The notes beneath the pieces are model-generated. The model ran no database searches, was not told the DNA's origin, and saw only the letters and a list, made by a program, of their open reading frames with translations. A DNA stretch of 64,000 nt from positions 75,994 through 139,993 of the forward strand of contig JAZSKX010000015.1 of assembly GCA_045535075.1 (NCBI GenBank). The letters run 5' to 3'. The position numbers were made by a program, and so were the translations under genes. The DNA comes from Candidatus Spyradenecus sp. (GTDB lineage: Bacteria > Verrucomicrobiota > Verrucomicrobiia > Opitutales > UBA953). Shown here in pieces: positions 21,655-31,410 of this stretch (positions within the stretch are counted from its first letter, which is position 1; each line of letters begins with the position of its first letter).

Positions 21655-22548
21655 TTAGACGACGGGATTGACGCTTCGGATAAAAGCGCTCTCGCCCCAA
21701 GCGGAGCGGATGCTTTGCGATATTGACGCTAAATCGCTTTCGGGAGCGATTTCTGCAAAGCACGCGCTCCCGCTCCCGCTCATGTGCGGATTGAGCCCGT
21801 GGCGTTCCCGCAAAATTTCAAAGAGCGCGGGAAGGGCGAGGTGCTTGCGGAAAACGGCTCGCTCCATATTGTTGAAAAACGGGAGCGGTTCGGCTTGCGG
21901 GGCGGAAAGCCACGTCGCGAGGCGGGATTCGGCTTCGTCTTCGGAAATATAATCGTGAGGCGCATTCCGCCTCATGGCGCGGTAGGCTTCGAGCGTGGAA
22001 ACTCCGAATGCCGGCTTGAAGAGCAGAAATCGCCGGCGGCTTAGCGCTTCGATTGCGGGAACCGGTAAAATTTCAACGCGCTCGCCGCGTCCGCGCATGA
22101 CGACCGGGCGGTTTGCAAGGAAAAGCGGGACATCGGAGCCGAGCTTTGCGGCAATCGAGTTCAGCGTTTCTGCGTCGAGCGGATTTCGGCAAATTGTATT
22201 TAAAATTTTCAGAGCTGTCGCCGCATCCGAGCTCCCGCCGCCGAGCCCGGCTCCGTGGGGCGTATTTTTTTGAAGCTCCCAGGCAATCGGCGGGCACGCG
22301 GGAACGCGCTCCCGGAAAAGCGTTGTTGCCCGACAAACAAGATTGGTCGAATCTGTCGGGACGCCGGGAGTGTTGCAGGAGAGCGAATCGCTTGTTGCAA
22401 TCGTCGCCGTAAGCGTATCGCCGAGCGAAATCGGAGCAACCAGCGAGATAAGCGAATGAAAGCCGTCCGGGCGCGTTCCCGTGATTGCCAAAAACAGATT
22501 GATTTTCGCGGGAGCGAAGTCGGTAAATGTGTTATTTTCGATAATCAA
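21655..22548 (-). CDS. ispE: 4-diphosphocytidyl-2-C-methyl-D-erythritol kinase
   Basis: APAKINLFL, GAGLGGGSSDAA, LGSDVP, MSGSGS. Confidence 0.95.
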   Translation of the reverse strand: MIIENNTFTDFAPAKINLFLAITGTRPDGFHSLISLVAPISLGDTLTATIATSDSLSCNTPGVPTDSTNLVCRATTLFRERVPACPPIAWELQKNTPHGAGLGGGSSDAATALKILNTICRNPLDAETLNSIAAKLGSDVPLFLANRPVVMRGRGERVEILPVPAIEALSRRRFLLFKPAFGVSTLEAYRAMRRNAPHDYISEDEAESRLATWLSAPQAEPLPFFNNMERAVFRKHLALPALFEILRERHGLNPHMSGSGSACFAEIAPESDLASISQSIRSAWGESAFIRSVNPVV

Positions 22549-22694
22549 AGCGCATGAAATTACCGCTCAAACACGGGGGCGGGGCAAGTTTTTTCTGTTT
22601 TATATTGCGGGAACTCAAAAAAAGAGAAAAAGACTGTTGACATCCGGAGGGTGGAATCGCTTGAATAGTCGTTCAACAATTTTTTCAGAAAGCC

Positions 22695-22820
22695 ATGAAA
22701 GTTTCATCTTCACTTAAAAATCTTAAGGTGCGTCATCCGAACTGCCAGGTCGTTCGCCGCAAAGGTCGCATCTACGTTATCAATAAAACCCACCCGCGCT
22801 ACAAAGCGCGCCAGGGATAA
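22695..22820 (+). CDS. rpmJ: 50S ribosomal protein L36, type B (not in the ORF track)
   Basis: Hand translation: [41 protein letters not shown]. Confidence 0.95.
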   Translation: MKVSSSLKNLKVRHPNCQVVRRKGRIYVINKTHPRYKARQG

Positions 22821-22857
22821 TTCTCGCGTCTTAATCTTAGCTTAGGAAGTTTTTACC

Positions 22858-23109
22858 GTGAAAAAAGATATTCATCCTTCGATCAACAACGTCTGCTTCC
22901 GTGACGTTTCCTCCGGTCGCCAATTCTTGACCAAATCCACGCTTTCCTCCAAGGAAAAGATCACGGTTGACGGCGAAGAATACTATGTTATTCCGCGTGA
23001 CGTGACGGCGGATTCCCACCCGGCTTACACCGGCGAAAAACGCTTCGTTGACACGGCGGGTCGCGTCGAAAAATTCCAAAACAAGTTCTCCCGTCGCCGC
23101 GCGCGCTAG
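22858..23109 (+). CDS. rpmE: 50S ribosomal protein L31, type B
   Basis: MKKDIHP, SHPAYTG, DTAGRVEKF; no CxxC pairs. Confidence 0.95.
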   Translation: MKKDIHPSINNVCFRDVSSGRQFLTKSTLSSKEKITVDGEEYYVIPRDVTADSHPAYTGEKRFVDTAGRVEKFQNKFSRRRAR

Positions 23110-23129
23110 TTCGGGATTTTCCTTTCCGG

Positions 23130-23164
23130 GCGCATCTCCTTTTCAAGAGGGAGATGCGCTTTTT
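23130..23164 (+). terminator. Intrinsic terminator after rpmE
   Basis: GCGCATCTCC...GGAGATGCGC followed by a T run. Confidence 0.75.
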
Positions 23165-23231
23165 GTTTAGTTAATTGCCGTTTGTCTTTTTCGCCCGGAA
23201 GGCTTATCTTTTCGTAAACAAAGACAATTTT

Positions 23232-24986
23232 ATGGACGAAGTTCAAAACGTTAATCGCGAGAAGAGATTGCGGCGGATTACGCTTTGGCTCAACGGGCTG
23301 ATGCTCTTTTGCACGCTGTTTAGCGTCGTTTCGATTGTTGTCGCTTTGGGCTGGCAGTTGGATGAATTTCAACTTGCGGTTTTGCGCAATCTGTCTTTCG
23401 CGGGAACGGGAATTTTCTTCGCAGAAGAGATTGCCAGGGTATTTTGCCTTCATAAAACGCTAATCAAATACCTGAGAAGCTGTTCGGCGGAATTGCTTTT
23501 TACGCTGGCAATTCCCGTCGCGTTTGTTTTCGGCGGAGAATACTTCTTCAAACCGGATTCCGCGAAAGGATTTATCTGCCTGATTCACTTACTCGTAATT
23601 GCGGTTGCGGGCGTGCGCGCACTTCGTTTTCGCGGGAAAATCGAGGCGGTAAAACGTTTGTCGCCGGGACGTGTTTTTATACTCAGCTTCGCCTTGCTTA
23701 TTTTGTGCGGAACGCTGATGTTGCTGACGCCACGCGCGACTGTGTCCGGAATCAGTTTTACGGACGCTCTGTTTTTTGCAACAAGCGCGGTTTGTGTTAC
23801 GGGGCTCGTTCCCGTGGCGGATCTTCCCGCAACGCTGACCGAATTCGGGCAGTACATCCTGCTTGTGCTCGCGCAACTGGGCGGCTTGGGCGTGATGTCC
23901 ATCACCTACTTCTTCGCCTATTTCTTCGCCGGAGGGCTTTCGATTCGTAATCGCTTCGCGTTTCAGGATTTATTTAACGAAGACAATCTTACCCAAATCG
24001 GACTTGTCCTCGGCGTGCTTGTCGGGTTTACCTTTTCCGTAGAAGCTCTCGGCGCGATTTGGATTTATTTCGCTTACGCAGCAGAAAATGTGGCCGATCC
24101 CGTGTTTTTTTCCGTGTTTCACGCTGTAATGGCGTTTTGTAATGCGGGATTTTCGACCTTGCCGGAAGGCCTGGCGAGCGGGCTCGTTCCCGATCAAACG
24201 GACTTTATTTTCGCCGTGATTGCCCTTTCGATCGTCGGAGGAATCGGATTTCCGGTATTCAAAAATTTTTGGTTGGTCGCTCTTAGTTATGTGCGACGCC
24301 ATTTGTGGCGGCATCGCGGATTTATTCCTGCAAGGCTCTCAACTCATTCAAAAATTGTTTTGACTACGAGCGGATTCGTGTTGGTCGCGGGAACGGTTTT
24401 GCTTTTGCTTACCGCGATGAATTCCGATCAGGTGGATTTCATGCGGGCCTTTTTCCTCGCCGCGACAACACGAACAGCCGGGTTCGACATCGGAAATACC
24501 GCCTTACTCCCGACGGGAACGCTCCTCGTCATGATGGTTCTAATGTTCATCGGCGGTGCTCCGTTTTCTACCGCCGGCGGAATTAAGGTAACAACTTTCG
24601 CCGTTGCCGTGTTGTCGATTCGCCAATTCCTTTCGGGAAAACGGGATCTGGAAATTTTCGGACGGCGGTTGAACGGCGATATCGCGCATCAGGCGCTTGC
24701 GCTTGTTTTATTGACCGGATTGTTCTTCGCGTTTGTCGCAATCGCCCTTTGCACTCTGCATCCGGAAATAGACGGAGAATTTTTGATGTTTGAAGCGATT
24801 TCTGCGGTCGCGACGGTCGGAATTTCCTGCAACGTAACCCCTCTGCTCGGGGATGCCGCCAAATGCGTTCTTATCGCGGCGATGTTTATCGGACGTATCG
24901 GAATCCTACTTTTCCTGGCCTCGTTTATCCAGCGTCGGGAAAACTCCGGAGCACGCCTCCCCGAAGATTCCATTGCACTTTCATAA
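23232..24986 (+). CDS. TrkH/KtrB-family potassium uptake membrane protein
   Basis: SAVCVTGL, AFCNAGFS, TRTAGF, TAGGIKVTT, MFIGRIG. Confidence 0.92.
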   Translation: MDEVQNVNREKRLRRITLWLNGLMLFCTLFSVVSIVVALGWQLDEFQLAVLRNLSFAGTGIFFAEEIARVFCLHKTLIKYLRSCSAELLFTLAIPVAFVFGGEYFFKPDSAKGFICLIHLLVIAVAGVRALRFRGKIEAVKRLSPGRVFILSFALLILCGTLMLLTPRATVSGISFTDALFFATSAVCVTGLVPVADLPATLTEFGQYILLVLAQLGGLGVMSITYFFAYFFAGGLSIRNRFAFQDLFNEDNLTQIGLVLGVLVGFTFSVEALGAIWIYFAYAAENVADPVFFSVFHAVMAFCNAGFSTLPEGLASGLVPDQTDFIFAVIALSIVGGIGFPVFKNFWLVALSYVRRHLWRHRGFIPARLSTHSKIVLTTSGFVLVAGTVLLLLTAMNSDQVDFMRAFFLAATTRTAGFDIGNTALLPTGTLLVMMVLMFIGGAPFSTAGGIKVTTFAVAVLSIRQFLSGKRDLEIFGRRLNGDIAHQALALVLLTGLFFAFVAIALCTLHPEIDGEFLMFEAISAVATVGISCNVTPLLGDAAKCVLIAAMFIGRIGILLFLASFIQRRENSGARLPEDSIALS

Positions 24987-24996
24987 TTTGTATTTT

Positions 24997-25026
24997 GCGT
25001 TCCCGCGGCGAAAGTCGCGGGAACGC
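24997..25026 (+). terminator. Hairpin formed by an inverted pair of the RCGGGAACG motif
   Basis: GCGTTCCCGCGGC-GAAA-GTCGCGGGAACGC, 10 nt after the stop; no strong T tail. Confidence 0.55.
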
Positions 25027-25592
25027 CGTTGACTTACGCGGCAAACAATCTGAATCAATATACGGAAATTTGCTCGGCGGAGTTGATTCACCAGACGGAA
25101 ACGCCGTCGGCTCAGCCTTCAGCTTTCGTATGATGCTGACGGGAACGCGACTGTGGCGTTTTGGTGCGAACCTTTCAAAAATATGAAAAATTTATCGGAA
25201 GGGAGAATTCTTTCCGCTGTTGTTGACGTATATTCCCAGGAGAAATAGTCGCTTTCTTGTGCGAGACATTGCGTCCGGAAACCTCGTAAAAACCGGTGAT
25301 TATCCCTATGGTTCATATCACAAGGTTTTTATGAATGTTTTGATGCGTTGGTCGTAAAAATTATTGCGGGACGGTCTTTTTTCTGTCCATGGGAATTCTA
25401 CATCCGAAGCGAAAAGTGGATTAAGAAGAGACGTTTCTCTGAACTCAACCGAGCGGTCGATCTGTATTGTAGTAATCCTGATATCCGATTTCTTACTCCC
25501 ATGATTTGTGCTTTTTTTACCGCTTCTTTGCTAAATTTCAATTTGCGCGGGAACGCGGGAAGGCGTTTAATCAATCCTTAAAATTTTTTGTT

Positions 25593-28580
25593 ATGACATC
25601 CTCCGAAATTCGTCAGTCGTTTCTTGATTTCTTTAAATCGAAAGAGCACCAGATCGTGCCCTCGTCGAGCCTCATGCCGGACTCGCCGAACCTGCTTTTC
25701 ACGAATGCGGGAATGAACCAATTCGTGCCGATTTTCCTCGGGCAAATTCCTTGTCCGTATCCGACGCATCGCGCCGCAGACACGCAAAAATGCATTCGCG
25801 CCGGAGGCAAGCATAACGACCTCGAAGACGTCGGCATGGACACGTATCACCACACGTTTTTCGAAATGCTCGGAAACTGGTCTTACGGCAACTATTTCAA
25901 AAAAGAAGCCATTGCGTGGGCTTGGGAACTGATCACGGAGGTTTGGAAATTCCCGAAAGAACGCCTCTACGCGACCGTTTATTGCCCGGACAAATCCAAG
26001 GGCGATCCCGCCGAGTTTGACCAAGAAGCCTACGATGCGTGGGAAAAACTCTTCGTCGCCGCTGGGCTTGACCCGAAAGTCCATATCGTCAACGGCAACA
26101 AAAAAGACAATTTCTGGATGATGGGCGACACGGGTCCCTGCGGTCCGTGCTCGGAACTCCACATCGACCTTACGCCGAAGGGCGACACGGCGGGAACGCT
26201 CGTTAACGCCGGCTCGCCGCTTTGCATCGAAATCTGGAACCTCGTGTTCATGGAATTTAACGCGAATCCGGACGGCTCGTTTTCGCCGCTTCCCGCCAAG
26301 AACGTCGATACCGGAATGGGCTTTGAGCGCGCTGCGAGCATTATTCAATGCACGAAAAATTTCACTGATTTCACCGGCATCATTTCCAATTACGAAACGG
26401 ACATTTTTGCGCCGATTTTCCGCGAAATCGAAAAACTTTCCGGCAAAAAATACACATCCACGCTTCCCGCCGCGGGAACGCAGGGCGCAACCGAACAGGA
26501 AAAAATCGACATTGCCTTCCGCGTCATCGCTGACCACATTCGCACGCTTTCTTTTGCCATTGCCGACGGCATCGCTCCCGGCAACAGCGACCGCAACTAC
26601 GTTCTGCGCCGCATTTTGCGCCGCGCCGTCCGCTACGGGCGCACGCTCGGCTTCAAGGAACCGTTTTTCTACAAACTCGTCGACGTGCTCGCGGAAACGA
26701 TGGGCGATGTCTTCCCGGAAATCCGTTCCCGCCGCGAGTTCGTGCGCGACACGATTCGCGTCGAAGAAGAAGCGTTTAACAAAACGCTCGATGCCGGGCT
26801 GACGATTTTTGAAGAAATTATTGCGCTGAAAAATTCCGCCAAGGAATTGCGTATCGGAATCGCGGATACAATGAGCCTTTCCGAAGAAGCGCTCAAAGGC
26901 GGGAACGCAACACTCGCGAAAATCGCCGATCACATGGCTCTTAATATCGCGAAATTCGTTCTCGGCTTCGGCAAACCCGTCAACACTGAGCTTGCGCGCC
27001 GCATTTTCACGCGCTCCGATGTTAAAGCTCTTTACACGAGCGCGCACGCCGTGCTCAACGCGCCGGAAGATAAAGACGCGCTCGCGAATTTCCGGGGCAC
27101 GCTCGCAAACTTCCTCGCCGTCAGCACCGAGCTGAACGATGTTTTCAACGGAGAAGCGGCATTCCTGCTTTACGATACTTACGGATTTCCGCTCGACCTC
27201 ACCGACCTCATGGCGCGGGAACGCGGCTACACGGTGGACGAAAACGCGTTCAACACGCTTATGACCGAGCAGCGGGAACGCGCTCGCGCCGCGCAGAAAA
27301 AGCAGATCGTTACGCTTTCCGAAATCGAAACGAAGGACGCAACGGAATTTCTCGGCTACGAAACGCTTTCTGCCGAAGCGACGATTCTCGAAGTCGTTGA
27401 CAACAAAGGCAAAATCGCCGTCATTCTCGACCGCACGCCGTGCTACGCGGAAATGGGCGGGCAAGTCGGCGACACGGGAACACTTTCCGCGCGCGGCAAG
27501 GCTTGGAAAATCGTCAACACGCAAAAGAGCGGGAACGTGTTTCTGCATTTCGTCGAAGGCGCGGAACCGCCGCCCGTCGGCGCAAAAGCCGCCGTCGTTG
27601 TCGATGAAACACGCCGCCGCGCTATTGAGCGCAACCATACGGCGACACACCTTTTGCACTTTGCGCTTCACAGTGTTGTCGGCAAAGACGTGGCGCAAAA
27701 AGGTTCTTTCGTTTCCGACGAAAAACTGACCTTCGACTTTAATTCCGCCGCGCTCACGCCTGCGCAAGTTTCCGCCGTTGAAAAGAAAGTGAACGAACTC
27801 GTGCTCGCCAACAGCGGGATTTCCTGGACGGAAATTGCGCACGAACAGGCGAAGGAAAATGAAAATATTATCCAGTTCTTCGGCGATAAATACGGCGACG
27901 TTGTCCGCGTAATTCAGGTTGGCGGGAACGCGCACGCGCTCGACGGCTATTCGATGGAACTTTGCGGCGGCACGCACGCGCGCGCCACGGGCGAACTCGG
28001 GCTTTTCCGCATCGTCAGCGAAAGTGCGATTGCCGCCGGTGTGCGCCGAATTGAAGCTTGCACGGGAATGTCCGCTTACGCACACGGAGTCGAAGAAACG
28101 CAGTTGCTGAAAAAACTTTCCGAAAAAACGAAAACGCCGATTGCGGATTTGCAGAAGAAATTCGAAGCGCTCATGGAAGAAAAATCCGCGCTTGAAAAGC
28201 AACTCGCGGCGGTGCGCCAAAAGGAACTCGCGCAACTCGCAAACAAGCTTGTTGCCGAGGCGAAAGATACGGGAACGGCGAAGCAGGTCGCGGCGGTCGT
28301 TCCCGCAACTTCGCCGAACGATTTGCGCGAAATCGCTTCGCAGCTCGTGAAACAGCTCGGCGACAACGGCGTCGTCATTCTCGGTGCGGCACTCGCTCCG
28401 GATAAAGTTTCCGTCGTCGCCGCCTGCGCTCCCGCCGCCGTCAAATCCGGCGTTGCGGCGGGCAAAATCGTTTCCGCGCTCTGCGGCAAGCTCGGCGGCA
28501 AAGGCGGCGGAAAGCCGGACTTTGCGATGGGCGGCGGGAAAGACGCTTCCGCGCTTCCCGGCGTTTTCGCCGAGCTTTAA
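25593..28580 (+). CDS. alaS: Alanine--tRNA ligase (with an internal insertion)
   Basis: LLFTNAGM, HHTFFEMLGN, DTGMGFER, YDTYGFP, editing motifs HTATH and ELCGGTH, GKGGGK. Start at the ATG at 25593. Confidence 0.97.
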   Translation: MTSSEIRQSFLDFFKSKEHQIVPSSSLMPDSPNLLFTNAGMNQFVPIFLGQIPCPYPTHRAADTQKCIRAGGKHNDLEDVGMDTYHHTFFEMLGNWSYGNYFKKEAIAWAWELITEVWKFPKERLYATVYCPDKSKGDPAEFDQEAYDAWEKLFVAAGLDPKVHIVNGNKKDNFWMMGDTGPCGPCSELHIDLTPKGDTAGTLVNAGSPLCIEIWNLVFMEFNANPDGSFSPLPAKNVDTGMGFERAASIIQCTKNFTDFTGIISNYETDIFAPIFREIEKLSGKKYTSTLPAAGTQGATEQEKIDIAFRVIADHIRTLSFAIADGIAPGNSDRNYVLRRILRRAVRYGRTLGFKEPFFYKLVDVLAETMGDVFPEIRSRREFVRDTIRVEEEAFNKTLDAGLTIFEEIIALKNSAKELRIGIADTMSLSEEALKGGNATLAKIADHMALNIAKFVLGFGKPVNTELARRIFTRSDVKALYTSAHAVLNAPEDKDALANFRGTLANFLAVSTELNDVFNGEAAFLLYDTYGFPLDLTDLMARERGYTVDENAFNTLMTEQRERARAAQKKQIVTLSEIETKDATEFLGYETLSAEATILEVVDNKGKIAVILDRTPCYAEMGGQVGDTGTLSARGKAWKIVNTQKSGNVFLHFVEGAEPPPVGAKAAVVVDETRRRAIERNHTATHLLHFALHSVVGKDVAQKGSFVSDEKLTFDFNSAALTPAQVSAVEKKVNELVLANSGISWTEIAHEQAKENENIIQFFGDKYGDVVRVIQVGGNAHALDGYSMELCGGTHARATGELGLFRIVSESAIAAGVRRIEACTGMSAYAHGVEETQLLKKLSEKTKTPIADLQKKFEALMEEKSALEKQLAAVRQKELAQLANKLVAEAKDTGTAKQVAAVVPATSPNDLREIASQLVKQLGDNGVVILGAALAPDKVSVVAACAPAAVKSGVAAGKIVSALCGKLGGKGGGKPDFAMGGGKDASALPGVFAEL

Positions 28581-28675
28581 AGGAATTCCTACAAGTAGAG
28601 TTTTCGGGAGAGTAAAGAAGTCGTCGGTACCCGGTAATTGGGAATCGACGGCTTCTTTGCTTTCTTAAAAAGAAG

Positions 28676-28703
28676 CGTTCCCGCGGATCTCTCCACGGGA
28701 ACG
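28676..28703 (-). terminator. Motif-pair hairpin between convergent alaS and ilvD
   Basis: CGTTCCCGCGGA-TCTC-TCCACGGGAACG; CTTCTTTTT follows on the minus strand. Confidence 0.65.
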
Positions 28704-28706
28704 TAG

Positions 28707-28736
28707 TATCTAACACTAACTCTATCTAACACTAAC
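28707..28736. repeat. Tandem duplication of the 14-mer TATCTAACACTAAC
   Basis: Copies at 28707-28720 and 28723-28736. Confidence 0.8.
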
Positions 28737-28875
28737 ACATAAACAAATTTTTAAAACGTTCGTCTGAGCTTCTAAAAGTTTCAAACTAAGCGTTGTTTAA
28801 TTTCCTACTAATATAGTAGGAGAGTTGTAATTATGTCAAATAGTTTTTCGGTGTTTTTTATTTTTTTTTGAAATT

Positions 28876-30702
28876 TTATTCGACAATGCGGACGCCGCCT
28901 TTATCGGCAGAGGCGACCATTTTCGCGTAAGCGCGCAAGGCTTTGGAAATCTTGCGGTTGCGCGTTTTCGGAGTCCACGCTGCGTTCCCGCGGGATTCTT
29001 CTTCCCTGCGGCGAGCGGCGAGCTCTTCGTCGGAAACGCAAACGCGAATCGTGCGCGCGGGAATGTCGATTTCAATCAAATCGTTGTCGCGAATCAGTGC
29101 GACGTTCCCGCCCGCCGCCGCTTCCGGCGAAATGTGTCCGATGGAAAGCCCCGACGTGCCGCCGGAGAAACGTCCGTCCGTAATCAGTGCGCAGAGTTCG
29201 CCGAGGTGTTTCGATTTGATGTAAGACGTCGGGTAAAGCATTTCCTGCATGCCCGGGCCGCCGCGCGGACCTTCGTGCGTGATGACGACGACATCGCCCG
29301 GCCCAACCTTGCCGCCGAGAATGCCTTCGCACGCGTCGTCCTGCGATTCAAACACGCGCGCGGTGCCTTTGAATTTGAAAACCTTTTCGGAAACGCCCGC
29401 CGTTTTGACGATGCAACCGTCCTGCGCGATATTGCCGAAGAGCACGGCGAGCCCGCCGTCACGCACGTACGCGTGTTCGACATCGCGAATGCAACCGTTT
29501 GTGCGGTCTGTATCCAAATTTTCATAACGCGTTTCCTGCGAAGCCATTTCGATGTTGCGCGTTCCCGCGGGCGCGGCGTGAGCGCGTTCGAGCGCCTCGG
29601 AGGAGACGGTCGGCGAATCGATGTCGTTTTGTGCGATGGCTTCGGTAAGCGTCAGCCCGTCGGCGCGGTAAACGTTCCCGTCGATGAGTCCTTCGGCGGC
29701 GAGGCGTCCGATAATCGTCAGGATTCCGCCGGCGCGGTTCACGTCTTCGATGTGATATTTTTTTGTATTCGGCGCAACTTTACAAAGCACGGGAACGCGG
29801 CGGGAAAGGAAGTCGATGTCCTTCATCGTGAAATCCACGCCGGCTTCCTGCGCGATGGCGAGCAGGTGCAAGACCGTGTTGGTCGAGCCGCCCATGGCGA
29901 TATCGAGCGTCATCGCGTTCAGGAACGCGGCGCGCGTGGCGATTTGGCGCGGGAGCACGGTGGCGTCGCCTTTTTCGTAATACGCGTAAGCCATTTCGAC
30001 GATGCGCTTGGCGGCTTTTTCAAAAAGTTTCATGCGCTCTTTGTGCGTTGAAAGCACGGTACCGTTGCCGGGAAGCGCCATGCCGAGCACTTCGTTGAGG
30101 CAATTCATAGAATTTGCCGTAAACATGCCGGAGCAGGAGCCGCAAGTCGGGCACGCGAGGCGTTCGAGCTCGGCGAGTTTTTCGTCGGAATATGATTCGT
30201 CCGCGCCCTTGACCATGACGTCGATCAGGTCGTATTTTTCGCCTTCGAAATCGCCGGCTTCCATCGGTCCGCCGGAAACGAAAATCGCGGGAATATTCAG
30301 GCGCATTGCCGCCATGAGCATGCCGGGCGTAACTTTGTCGCAGTTGGAAATGCAAACGATAGCGTCCACGCGGTGCGCGTTGCACATGTATTCGACGGAG
30401 TCGGCGATGAGGTCGCGCGACGGGAGCGAGTAAAGCATGCCGTCGTGCCCCATGGCGATGCCGTCGTCGATGGCGATGGTGTTAAATTCTGCGGCGAAGC
30501 AACCTTGCGCTTCGATGAGCGCTTTCATCTGTTGCCCGATTTTGTGCAAATGCGTGTGTCCGGGAACGAACTGCGTGAATGAATTGACGATACCGATAAT
30601 CGGCTTGCCGAGTTGTTCTTCTTTCATGCCGTTGGCGCGCCAAAGTGCGCGCGCGCCCGCCATGCGGCGACCTTCCGTGCTGAGTGAACTGCGAAATTTC
30701 AT
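28876..30702 (-). CDS. ilvD: Dihydroxy-acid dehydratase
   Basis: [40 protein letters not shown]. Confidence 0.97.
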   Translation of the reverse strand: MKFRSSLSTEGRRMAGARALWRANGMKEEQLGKPIIGIVNSFTQFVPGHTHLHKIGQQMKALIEAQGCFAAEFNTIAIDDGIAMGHDGMLYSLPSRDLIADSVEYMCNAHRVDAIVCISNCDKVTPGMLMAAMRLNIPAIFVSGGPMEAGDFEGEKYDLIDVMVKGADESYSDEKLAELERLACPTCGSCSGMFTANSMNCLNEVLGMALPGNGTVLSTHKERMKLFEKAAKRIVEMAYAYYEKGDATVLPRQIATRAAFLNAMTLDIAMGGSTNTVLHLLAIAQEAGVDFTMKDIDFLSRRVPVLCKVAPNTKKYHIEDVNRAGGILTIIGRLAAEGLIDGNVYRADGLTLTEAIAQNDIDSPTVSSEALERAHAAPAGTRNIEMASQETRYENLDTDRTNGCIRDVEHAYVRDGGLAVLFGNIAQDGCIVKTAGVSEKVFKFKGTARVFESQDDACEGILGGKVGPGDVVVITHEGPRGGPGMQEMLYPTSYIKSKHLGELCALITDGRFSGGTSGLSIGHISPEAAAGGNVALIRDNDLIEIDIPARTIRVCVSDEELAARRREEESRGNAAWTPKTRNRKISKALRAYAKMVASADKGGVRIVE

Positions 30703-30786
30703 AGTGAGGCGAAATTCTACGCGCGTTCCCGCGGGAACGCAAAGCGTTTGTTTTTGAATTTTTGGGGAGTCGGGGGAAGGGAATTT

Positions 30787-31410
30787 TTATTCCCAGATGA
30801 ATTGGTGTTCCCGTGAGAGCCAGGATTCGAGGCGGTGGACGTAGTGCGCGATATCCCGGGAATCGACGCAAAGTTGCTCTAGAGGCGTTTTTAAAACGGC
30901 GGCGATGCCTTCGCGGTCTTCAAAGCAGGAGTTTTCAAACCAATCTTCCCGAACGGGATAGCCGTTGTCGCGGGCGAGCGTCCAAAGCGCCTTGAGATAG
31001 GTTGCGTCCGGATTGGGTTTTTCTCCGAATGCGCGGAATACATTTTCGCTTAATCGGTAAATTCCGGCGTGCGAATCCGGCGGGAACGTATTTTTTGCCA
31101 GAAGCGACGCAAATTTGCTGGCGCAGACCAAAGCGCTGTAATTTCCGGAAATTCCGACGTTTCGGCGGACAAGGCGATATTCTTTCGCAAACCGCAACGT
31201 CGAATCCGTTCCCGCCTTCGGTTTATCCAAAAGGATTTCCGCTTCGTCGAAAAGATCCGGGACACAGGTGGTTTTGTTCTTGCCTGCAATGCGCACCAAA
31301 CAAGGCTGCGCGCCGTATTCTCGAGTGAGAATGACGACGCGCCAGAATTTTTCTCCTTGAACAATCCTATCGAGGATGAATCCGGAAAATAATTTTGCCT
31401 TTTCGGGCAT
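30787..31410 (-). CDS. recO: DNA repair protein RecO-like
   Basis: N-terminal OB-fold-like pattern (GFILDR..GE...VILTREYG) plus a helical domain; short and divergent. Confidence 0.6.
   Translation of the reverse strand: MPEKAKLFSGFILDRIVQGEKFWRVVILTREYGAQPCLVRIAGKNKTTCVPDLFDEAEILLDKPKAGTDSTLRFAKEYRLVRRNVGISGNYSALVCASKFASLLAKNTFPPDSHAGIYRLSENVFRAFGEKPNPDATYLKALWTLARDNGYPVREDWFENSCFEDREGIAAVLKTPLEQLCVDSRDIAHYVHRLESWLSREHQFIWE

Noticed and set aside
26817..27149. The AlaRS insertion interpreted as an intein
   Set aside because: No Cys/Ser start, no His-Asn end and no LAGLIDADG motifs.
25578..28235. 885-aa ORF on the minus strand
   Set aside because: It is the antisense shadow of alaS, caused by codon bias, and has no protein motifs.
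28583..28822. AATTCCTACAAGTAGAG and GTTTCAAAC...TAATTTCCTACTAATATAGTAGG resemble Cas12a repeat ends
   Set aside because: There are only two dissimilar copies about 200 bp apart, with no regular spacing and no cas genes. This is not a CRISPR array.
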